Shown one piece after another: positions 1 to 10,070 of a stretch of 41,368 nucleotides of DNA; within the stretch, counting starts at the first letter, position 1; each line of letters opens with the position of its first letter. Source of the DNA: Salpingoeca rosetta (lineage: Eukaryota; Protista; Choanoflagellata). The position numbers and the translations under genes were made by a program. Below the pieces are notes generated by a model, which worked only from the letters and a program-made list of their open reading frames with translations, was not told the origin of the DNA and made no database searches. Where the stretch lies: NCBI GenBank assembly GCA_033442325.1, contig JAWQFM010000004.1:67629-108996 (forward strand), written 5' to 3'.

Positions 1-222
1 TCACTGACAGACACACTCTCCAACCACACATACACGAGCCTATATGGCGTGCTGCAGCGGGCATGATGGGGCGTATTAATCGCAAGACATGTCTGCCCCC
101 CCAGGCACACGACCTCATGCACGTCATTAAGCCAGCCGCCTTTCTGTTTGAGGCGGATGACCCACAAACCACACACAGCGCACAAGGTGCGCTCAAGGTC
201 AAGAGGTCAAGAGAGAGAGAGG

Positions 223-229
223 GTGTGTG

Positions 230-319
<90 letters not shown>

Positions 320-534
320 ATGATCATGTGTGAACATGTCGCTTCGTCGTTTCCCTCCTTTCTCCACTTTCGCCTTGCCAAGCCTCACCGCCACCCCTTG
401 TCGTCCTGCCGCGTTCAGGCTGTTGAGTCGCTGCTTGCTGTGATCCAGGGTTCCCGGCTCCCGCGCATCCCCCAACTCCGGCGCGACCGAGAACTGCATC
501 TCCGTCTTTGTCAAGATTGCACATGGCCTCTCAG

Positions 535-622
<88 letters not shown>
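223..622. repeat. Two long (TG)n microsatellites (~223-316 and ~537-622)
   Basis: Directly visible; representative of dozens of (CA)n/(TG)n tracts in introns across the window. Confidence 0.97.
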
Positions 623-626
<4 letters not shown>

Positions 627-1430
627 TGCGACACTCCTTCTTCGCCGTCCTTTGACATTGGTTGTTTGTTCTTTGTTGTCACGTTGTCGTCGCTTATTCT
701 TTACCTCCTCATCCACCCATCCACCACCAACCCTTGCACAGACGAGATGCTGACACATCTGCTTGACTGGCTGTCTATTACAGAAGACGACGATGAGGCA
801 AAGTACATCTACACATACCTCGTCGAGGTCCTCCAAGCGTGAGTGCTACCGCTGTACTTTGTGTGAGTGAGGGTGTGTGTGTGTGCATGGCCTGGCCGTG
901 CTGCATGTGTCGGTGGTGTGCTCTTCCGCCTGTCGTTCTTGTTCCCGACTAACTCTCCCGTTCCCCCTCCCATTGCTTCCTGTACCTCCCTCTCCTTCCT
1001 TTTGTTGTTGCTTCTGTAGGTAAGATCCACGCGAGACTGCGCCTGAGAGTCCGGTGAAGATTGTGCGTGCATTTGTTTGTGCAGGTGGTTGGCACCCCCC
1101 GCGGCCGCCGTCAACGAGCCCCACTGCCAGGGCATGTACACAGCCTCATGGTGCGTGGGTTGTGTTGTGTGTGATTTATGTGATGTGTGTGTGTTTGCTG
1201 CCTCGAATATGCGCGACTGTCGTGTACTTTGTGTACTTTCCCATCCTCCTCTTCCTCCCTCCTCCTCCTTCCTCCTCCTTCCTCTCCTCATTCTCACGCC
1301 CTCACGTCGTTTCCTCTCGTAGAACATGCAGGATTCGTATGCCTACGGTGTGTTGAGGCAGTTGATGCAGGATCCCGAGGTGCACGCCCGCGTGCAGCGC
1401 GCTGTTAAGGCGCTTGGCTCGTCCGCGTAG
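419..1430 (+). pseudogene. Degenerate 3' fragment (last ~4 exons) of importin-5/karyopherin beta-3-like gene
   Basis: Exons ~419-536, 741-838, 1020-~1150 and ~1324-1430 give AVESLLAVIQ/VPGSRASPNSGATENCISVFVKIAHGLSE, DEMLTHLLDWLSITEDDDEAKYIYTYLVEVLQA, ...ESPVKIVRAF.../...[15 protein letters not shown] and NMQDSYAYGVLRQLMQDPEVHARVQRAVKALGSSA*. These resemble the importin-5 C-terminus (ATENCISAVGKI...WLSWLPLHEDKEEA). Lesions: +1 frameshift at ~449, in-frame TAA at 1021-1023, further frameshift near 1090. No upstream importin exon recognised in 1-418. Confidence 0.72.
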
Positions 1431-1524
1431 TCGCCATGTTGTGATGTGTCGTGTCAACTCGTGCACCAGTTGAACGAATGGCTGAATGTCTGTCGCTTCC
1501 TTTGTCGCATTCCTCTTCTTGCTC

Positions 1525-1580
1525 TCTTCTCTTCTTCTCTTCTCTTCTCTTCTCTTCTCTTCTCTTCTCTTCTCTTCTTC
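1525..1580. repeat. (TCTTC)n pentanucleotide microsatellite
   Basis: Directly visible tandem CTTCT units. Confidence 0.9.
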
Positions 1581-2373
1581 CCTTCCTTCACTCTCCCTCT
1601 CGCCTGCTTGCTGGCTTGCTTATGGCACGCCCTTCTTGTGCTTGCCTGTTGTTTTCATTGTTTGGCGCTGTGTACGGCTGAACACGTTCTTGGTGTGTTT
1701 GGTTGATGTGTGCTGCTGCTGCTGTGTGTGGTTTGGTTCTGGCTTGCAACTGGAGGGTGTTGTTTGATGTGCAGAGGGGTTGGCTGTTGTTTGGTTGGCT
1801 TGGCTTCCTGTTGCGTGTGGGCACTGCTGTGTGTGTGGATGTGTGTGTGTGTTGATGTGTGTTGGACTGGGGCGTTGTTTGTGGGTTGTGTGGCGGACCT
1901 GTTCTTTCCTCAGTAAATGGCTCGATGAAGATGATGAGACCCGCTTGACGGTGGTGATGGTGGAGCGGCGGTGATGTTTGTGGTGTTGGTGTGGCTACAG
2001 ACATTGGTGTGTTGTGCCAACCAGGCAAGACCAAAGAAGCGAGGAGGGCGCGGCTGTTGTTCCTTTCGGCGACAAAGAGCGTCGGGTTGTTTTGCTGGCT
2101 GGCTGGAGGCTCTTCATCCTGTTTGTTTGTTGTGTTCCTGTCGACATGAGATTGTTGACGAACATCTTCCACGGAAGCGCTGCTGTGCGGATAACCTCTG
2201 CAAGGTTTTGCGAATCGTCCAATGGCCGAGTCGCAAAACAACAACACACAAAACAAAGGAAACAAACAAAGCAGCGCGTTGAGTTGTTGTCCTCCATTTT
2301 GTCGTCGTCTTCTTCCAACCACTTACGAACACGTCACAACAAGCCACAAGGAGAAAGACGACGCGCCGTCGCC

Positions 2374-5300
2374 ATGTCCGGCGGAGAGAAGAGAGCAAGG
2401 GAGGAGGTGGAGGCGTTGCTGGCGCAGACGAAGGTGAAGGATGGGGTGAAGAACAAGATCAGGGCCATCGCCAACAACACGTGTCCGGGGGGAATAGAGT
2501 GAGTGCAAAAGCAACCAAAACGACGTGTTGCAACATGCATGCATGTGTTGGACACTAGGCCACAAGGACACTTCTTGTGGTTGTACTCGTGCTTATTCTC
2601 CCCCTCCCTCTCTGCTTGGCTTGTCCTTGTGTTGCAATGGGTGTGGTGTGGCTTGCTGTTGGGTGTTCACGTGTGCGTGTCCTGTCCCCTCGCACCGCCT
2701 GGACACATCAACAGAGAGAGAGTGTGTGTGTGTGTGTTTGTGGCAGGTTGTGACTGACACCCTCATGTTTTTGCTGTCTCGATCCTCAGTCTTCTTGCTC
2801 ATTTCATGACACACACCATTTGAAATTACAGCTTGGGTGGTTATGGCCTCGGCGACATTGGGGCGCGTGCGGTGGCCGAGGCGCTCAAGGACAACACCTG
2901 CCTCGAAACGCTCGAGTGCGTGGTGATGATGAATCTGCATCGTGTGATATGCATGGTTGATTGGGGTGGCGGTGTTGCACGTTGCATCCCTTTCTCCTCC
3001 CCTGCTTGCGCATGTTTGGACGTGTGTTCACCTTCGCTCCCTGCGGTTCTTGTGTGCCTGCACAGCCTGGCAGTCAATTCCATCGGCGATGAGGGCGCTG
3101 TGGCGTTGGCGGAGATGTTGAAGCACAACACGACCCTCAAAATACTCAAGTGAGTGTGTACACGCACACATGCACATGTATGCTGCGTCACTGCCGTTGC
3201 ACCTAACCACGTGCACATGTGTGGTCGATGACTGTGTTGCCACCCACAACAATCATCATCACGCACGCACTCACTCTTCCTCATCCATGTGGCATCATCG
3301 CCCTATGTGGCATCATACCTCTTGACAGCCTGAACAACAATTCCATCGGCGATGAGGGCGCCGTGGCGTTGGCGGAGATGCTGAAGCACAATATGACCAT
3401 GACATGGCTCCGGTGAGTGTGTACACGCACACATGCACATGTATGCTGCGTCACTGCTGCTGCACCTTATCACGTGCACATGTGCACATGTGTGGATTGA
3501 TGACTGTGTTGCCACCCACAGCAATCATCACTCACTCTTCCTCACCCATGTGGCATCATCGCCCTGTGTGGCATCCACCATACCGTCTTGACAGCCTGGA
3601 ACGCAATTCCATCGGCGATGAGGGCGCCGTGGCGTTGGCGGAGATGCTGGAGCACAACACGACCATGACATTGCTCGCGTGAGTGTGTACACGCACACAC
3701 ACACATGTATGCTGCGTCACTGCCGTTGCACCTTTATCACGTGCACATGTGTGGTTGATGACTGTGTTGACACCTACAACAATCATCATCACTCACTCAC
3801 TCACTCTTTCTCATCCATGTGGCAACATCGCCCTGCGTGGCATCATACCGTCTTGGCAGCCTGAGTGAGAACTCCATCGGCCCTGAGGGCGCCGTGGCGT
3901 TGGCGGAGATGCTGAAGCACAACACGACCCTCACAGCACTCGAGTGAGTGGAAGCTCCTCTTTGAAATGTGTGTCTTTAGGCGCTTCTTCTGCAATACCC
4001 ATGTGCAGATGGAGGCACTGCAAGCCACGCATGATGTCTGTGCGACTTGCTTGTTTGACCAACAAATGCTTCCATCCTTCATATGTGCCACAAGTGCTGC
4101 CACATCCTGTGCAATTTGCATTTGCCCCCTTTGCTTCCGCCATTGTGACTTCAATGTCGTAGGACCTGATGTGCGAGCGAGTCCGCGTGCACGTGGTCCA
4201 TCTGCAACCCACTTTCATCCGTGACACTGACACGTGTTGCTTGCCCACCCGTTCCCCTGCTCTTCCAACATGCATTTCTTGCCACTTGCAGCTTGGATAA
4301 CAACTCCATCACCCCGGTTGGCGGTGCGGCGCTGGGTGCCGCACTGGACCAGAACCGCACGCTGGAAGAACTCTGGTTTGTCGATTGCGTTGCGCCTGCC
4401 TCATGAACGCCTGTGTCCTGTTGTGGATTTGTGTGACCAATCGCCACTCTTTTGAGTGCACGCCACACTGTGTGTTCCTCTCTGCTTGCTTGCATTTCTC
4501 CACAACCCTAACCACCAACCCTCCTGACTCACGCACCGCACTTGCTGTTTGTTCCCAACCACACGCTACCACCACGTGTCCTCGTTCAGCATCGAGAAGA
4601 ACTCCACCGCCACCGCCCGCGCCTTTGGTGCCGCGCTGCCCGTCGACCGAGAACTCAGCACAGACTGGTCAGTCAACGCGTGCTTCCACTCTAGTCATTT
4701 GCTCCCTGCCATCTCTCGACCCTTCTCCTCACGCACACATGCTGCGTGGTACTTGCGTGCACATTTCACGTGGGATCACAGGTATGATGACGATGGGGGC
4801 CAGGCCGCCTTTAACGAAGCACGCGAGGAGCAGAAGCGGCAGCATGAGCAACTGTTTGCCGCCTGCAGGGATGGCGACACTCCAGCTGTCACGTCCCTCA
4901 TCGAACAGGACAATGCAGATGTCAACCAACAGGACAAGCAGGTGTGTTCATTATGTGTGTGTGTGTGCTGTGCTTGTATGTGAACGGCGCTCGCTCATGG
5001 TTGCACCGGCCGTGCGTTCGTTTCCAACAGATCCTCACCACACGTGCCATGCCCCTTGCTGCCCCCACCCATCCACAGGGCGACACGCCACTGCACGTTG
5101 CCTGCAGGCACAACCAGCCCGCCGTCGTGGAGCTGCTCATGAAGAAAGATGCAGACACTGCCGTCAAGAACAAGAAGGTGTGCTTCGCGTCGTGTGGCTG
5201 TTTCTGAAGACGTGACACAACTGTTTCTTTGCTTTGTGCTGTGTCCTCCCCCTCTCCCTGCTTCCCTCCTTCCTCAACTCATGCGTTTTACCTTTGCAAC

Positions 5301-5975
5301 ACACGCAGGGAGAGAGGCCCTATGATGTGGCACAGGCCAGCGGTCATACTGCCATCACCAGCATCCAAGGGCTGAAGCCAGGCGGCAAGCCTTTGGAGCA
5401 ACCACAACAGCAACAGCAGCCAAAACAAGAGCCACCTGCGCCCACTCCTGCCGCCGGACCGAAGCAAGAAGAACAAACAGCGCAAGACGTGAGTGATTTG
5501 ACAAGTGCTTGCCAGCAACGCACAAGCAAATGCATCACGTCACCCATGCCATTCCTTCATCACGCTCTCCGTGGTCTCGTATCAAGCATAATCATGTTGT
5601 CTCACACAACCATCACCAGCACCACCATCAGCAGCAGCCCGAGCAGGCGCGCAGGAAGCGTCTCCAGCAGCGCATGCGGGAGGTCATAGCACGCTTCAAC
5701 GCGACCATGGCGGGCAGGGCCAAACTCATCTTCATTGGTCAGGGGCGCGCCGGGAAGACCAGCACGTTCCACTCGCTCATGGGTCACATGTTCAACAAGC
5801 ATGAGCACTCCACCCTTGGCGCCGCCTCAACCGACCTCGCCGTCATTGTCGAATCAATGGACGTTCACGACTGGCAGGTGTGTACCCTTGTCTGGTGCGA
5901 GCATGTGATGTGTGCGACGCATGGGTGTGAAGAGAGGTGGTGGTTGACACGATCATCCCCTCGCACAAGCGTTCA

Positions 5976-6042
<67 letters not shown>

Positions 6043-9000
6043 CCTTTGCAGGAGCTGGATGCGGAAATCTCGGAGCTGATGCGCAGTCTCTGCGGAACGG
6101 CGCTGGCGCAGGAATCGGGCGTGGATTGGGAGATGAAGCAGGCGATGATGAAGGCGAAGGCCGACTTGGAGAGCCGCGTTGCCCAGCACCAACAGCAACA
6201 GCGGCAGCAGGAAGCCGAGAAGGCAGAGAAAGCAACGGCTGCCAAGCAGAAGCAGAAGCAGTTACAGAATGCAAAGGAGACGCGGCCACGTCCATCCTCC
6301 CGCACGTCGCCAGCGACTGTCCCCAAACCCACCAAGGCATCTCATGACTCAGCATCTGCATCCAAGAAGCAGGCCACCCTGAACCCTTCGAGCCAATGTG
6401 ATGCTGCTGCCCGCAATCACAACAACACCGCCACCGCCACGACCGGCATGTCTGCTGAGGACATGGAGAAAGCGATCAAGGAGTTCAACGTGGACGCCGT
6501 CATGGGCGAGGGCAAAGCACGGGTCACGTTCAAGATCTTTGACCTGGGTGGCCAGTCCACCTTCTACATCTTTCACCCTTTCTTCCTCACAGAGTGAGTT
6601 CAAGTTATGTGCGTGCATGCGTGTGTGTCTGTGTGTTTGAGTGTGTGTGTGTGTGTGTGCGTGTGTGTATGTGTCTGTGTGTGCGTGAGTACGGCTGCGT
6701 GCAGTCCCTCCACCACCTCTCCTCCATTCACCTCTCCCTTCATCACCGCACACCCACACCAGGTACGCGGTGTACCTGCTGGTGTTCTCCATGGAGGACC
6801 TGCTTTACCAAGACAAGAGCAAGCGGGCTGAATCGTGGGAGTTTATGGAGCACTGGCTCTCCTCCCTCCACCTCCACGCCAAGGGTGCACCCGTCCTCAT
6901 CGTCGGCACCTTCGCTGATGTGGTCAGCAAGCGTAAGCAGCACGAGAACATATCCCGTGACATCCACAGTCGCCTGCGCCACAACCCGGCCTTCCCTTCC
7001 GTCATCCACAACGACAAGCATGGTCTGTGGTTCTGGCCCGTCGACAACACCAAGTCTATCAACGACACCATGATCCAGGACCTGCGCCAGACCATCTCCT
7101 CCACAGCACTGGCGCAGGAGTACGTGAGTCAGGAGGTGGCTGTGCCATACCTCCACCTCTACGACAAGCTCAACGCCATCGCCCGCGACGAGCAACGGCC
7201 GCTGCTCACGTTTGATGAGGTGGTGGCGATTGCGCGCACATGTGGGCTGCGCACACGTGAGGAGACGAGGGCCTGCCTCCAGTTCCTGCACCTGTACTCC
7301 ATGGTGCTGTACTATGACACCGTGCCAGGCATGGAGGACTATGTGATCCTGAGTCCGCAGTGGGCGGTGGACATGATGACGCGCGTCATCCGAAACTTTG
7401 ATCTGCATCACGACGTGCGTGATGGTGAGGCGAGGGCCGTTGGTGCGCAGCTGTGGGACGACCTGGTTGACCGCGGCATCCTGCACCGTCGCCTGCTGGA
7501 TGTGCTGTGGAAGGACTTGGAAGGTGGCACGATTGAGCCCTTCCTCCAACTCATGATGGAGTACGGGTTGTGTGTCGACTACACGGCACCAATGGTGCGG
7601 CTGTTCGGCCCTCAACAGCAACAACAACACCACCAACAACACCAACAGTACCTCGTCCCAGCCATCCTGCCGATGACGCTGGAGGATGAACAGGCGTCGT
7701 CGTCGGTGACTCTGAGCACGGCAGCAGCACAGCAGGCCAATCCATACGCTGGATATGAGGAGAAGACAGCCTACGTCGCCTTCAGCCTGAGGGAGTTCAA
7801 GAGGGGTGTAAGCGCCAAGATTGCAGACACGCAGCAAGCCTCCTTCCTGCCAGAGGGCCTGTTCCCGATGGTTCTGGCACGCGTGATGGCACACATGCAG
7901 CATGGTGCAACGGAACCGCCCATGTTGAGCCGGACAGACGCCGTAATCTTCATGGACGTGGCTGAGATCGAATTACAGCTCGTGCCGGCTGTTGGCGGCA
8001 TCAAGATCAAGGTCATGACTGCACGTCCTCGCACGCTGCTGCACATGCTGTACGACACCATCACAACAGCTGTCACGCAGCGCTACCCCGAGCTCAAGGC
8101 CACGTTGCTGCTGCCATTTAATGACACGAGACTGCTGTTCTTCGAGGATGTGCACACCCACCACACGAACAAGAAACCGCTTCGCGTTGGCCGCTCACAG
8201 CTGCTGTCACCAGGGGATCTGGTCGCCAAATATGGTCCACTCTTGCCAGTTATGGGTCAGCAGGACAAATACGATGCCTTCATCAGCTACAGGTGGGACA
8301 TGTGTGTGTGTGCGTGTGTATGTGTGTGTGTGTGTGTGCATGAATGTATGGCGCGAACTGGGTGTCTTTCCTTCCCTCTCTCTTCCTTTCTTATTTCGAC
8401 ACTGACCACCACGTCACAGGCAACGCGGCAACCGGGGTTTGGTGATGACATTGTACCCAAAGTTGGAGCAGCACGGACTGGTAACCTTTGTGGACGCCAA
8501 CAACTTGGAGACAGGCGTCAACTTCAAGCACGCGTGCATGACAGCCCTGCACAACAGTACTGTCGCCTGTCCCGTCGTTTCCGTGGGTGCCATCCATCAG
8601 ATGCGCTCGCTCGGCCACACTGACACGTGCGATAACGTCTTGTTGGAGTGGATGGCCATGCTGGAGCTGCAGCAGCTTGCTCGCCAGCATCCAGACAAGG
8701 TCCACCTCCGCCGCATCGTTCCGCTCTTCCTCGGCAGTGGCTGGCACGACAGCAGTCACCATGTTATGAGCAGGGCAGAGGTGAGCGAGTACGACTCGTT
8801 TGACCGCCTGAAGCGGCTGGCAACGAAGTTGCCGGACGTTGTGAGCAAGAACACGACGTCAGCGCTGGATCAGTACTTTTCACAGGTGCTGCGATTGCAG
8901 CCACCTCAGCAACACAAGAGCGTGCGGGAGGCGGTGTTGTCGCTGTTTGACATTGACGCCGTGGTTGCGATGGATGCCGGTGTGGACCGCACGTCGCAGC

Positions 9001-9548
9001 TGCGCGACATTGCGGAGAAGATTCGCCAGGTCGTCGTCTCTGCCAGGAGCGAGGAGCAAGCAGCTCAGGGGCCAGCAGCTGCACGTCGTTCCACGCAGGT
9101 ATAGTTTTGTGGCTGTGTGTTCTTGAGTGGTTGTGTGTGTGTGTGTGTGTGTGTGCGTGTGTGTATGCAGGCGCACTCCTTTCTCTCTTCCGCTTGGCAC
9201 GCGTGCTGTGTCTCACTCAGCCCCTCTAACTTGTCTGCCGTGCAGTCATCTTCCTCGACCTCCACCGCTACAACTCCTGTTACACCACCACCTACCACCC
9301 CATCGCCCTCTTCCACCTCGTCGCCGTTTGAGCCCGAGTTACTTGAATGGCTCAAACGCCACTCGCTGCTGCCGCACGTCGAGTCGGCACTGGTGGAGCA
9401 CGGCATCGACTCCCTGGAGGTGCTGGTCGTGTCCATACAAGAGGGTGACCTGACCAAGGAGGTACTCAGGGAAGCCGGTGTGAAAATTGGGCCGGCAATC
9501 AAGCTGATTCGGGAGGCAAAGAAGTGTGACGTGGACAGTTCTTCATAG
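2374..9548 (+). CDS. Roco-family protein, LRR(RI-like)-ankyrin-ROC GTPase-COR-TIR-SAM; 16 exons
   Basis: Exons: 2374-2498, 2832-2915, 3066-3149, 3329-3412, 3595-3678, 3860-3943, 4292-4375, 4590-4667, 4782-4941, 5079-5177, 5309-5488, ~5620-5877, 6052-6593, 6763-8292, 8420-9098, 9246-9548; GT/AG and phase-compatible. Motifs: LRR (NSIGDEGAVALAEMLKHNTTL), ANK (GDTPLHVACRHNQPAVVELLM), P-loop KLIFIGQGRAGKTS, G3 FKIFDLGGQ, G4 VLIVGTFAD, COR (ACLQFLHLYSMVLYY...VILSPQWAVDMMTRVI), TIR (YDAFISYRQ...TFVDANNLETG...DNVLLEW), SAM (LLEWLKRHSL...LVEHGIDSLEVL...LREAGVKIGPAIKL). Confidence 0.92.
3066..3950 (+). repeat. Tandem array of four 84-nt LRR exons with three near-identical intervening introns (period 263-266 bp)
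   Basis: Exon starts at 3066, 3329, 3595, 3860. The three introns all begin gtgagtgtgtacacgcacaca...catgtatgctgcgtcactgc and end ...tggcatc...atacc(g)tcttg(a/g)cag. Confidence 0.95.
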
Positions 9549-10070
9549 TGCGACGCCTTATCGGCCCTGTTACCTCTCCTGTTTGTCGTTGTTGTTCTGC
9601 GCTGAGTTATTTCTGTTCTCTTTCGTCCTGACGTTCTTCGCCTTTTCATCAATTCCATACGCCCGACTGTCGTAGCTTCTGCCTCCTGTTTCTCCTCACC
9701 TCACTCCTTGCCGACGTGGCGCAAAGATGCGCTTTGCCCTTCTACTTGTACACTGTTCTGCACCTTCCGTGCTTTCGTTGCCCCTCCTGTGTCATGCCGC
9801 CACTTGTTGCTTCACCTTTGTTCCACAATACATCTTCCTCCGTTTCAAAACACACATGCACCACAGCCTGCTTGCCATCACATTCCACGTCAGCCATCCA
9901 CACACCACCACACACTCACAACTGTGAACGCGTCAACTGACTTTGATGTGAATGTGTACATGAACATGACATGTCAACACAGCAAATGCATAACCCTTCC
10001 GCCACCCAACATGATAACCCCCCCCCCCCAGCCACCTGATCACACACGCTCAGGCCTCCTTCCACTGTCC

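Noticed and set aside
1900-1975. Possible orphan exon KWLDEDDETRLTVVMVERR
   Set aside because: Too short, with no recognisable homology or partner exons.
3055-3870. RAG-type recombination signals at LRR exon edges (cacagcc, palindromic cacgtgcacatgtg)
   Set aside because: These are ordinary splice acceptors and CA/TG-derived palindromes common in all introns here; no heptamer-spacer-nonamer arrangement and no recombinase gene in the window.
3066-3950. Regularly spaced repeats resembling a CRISPR array
   Set aside because: Units are ~265-bp exon+intron duplications encoding LRRs in a eukaryotic gene; there are no short repeats with unique spacers and no cas genes.
6743-7903. 386-aa antisense ORF over the COR exon, and similar antisense ORFs over 10440-12377
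   Set aside because: Shadow ORFs expected from GC3-rich codon usage; no recognisable motifs.
8293-8623. C-terminal part of the 617-aa ORF as the true protein end
   Set aside because: It reads through a TG-rich intron (8293-8419); splicing restores the TIR frame (FISYR/QRGNRG).
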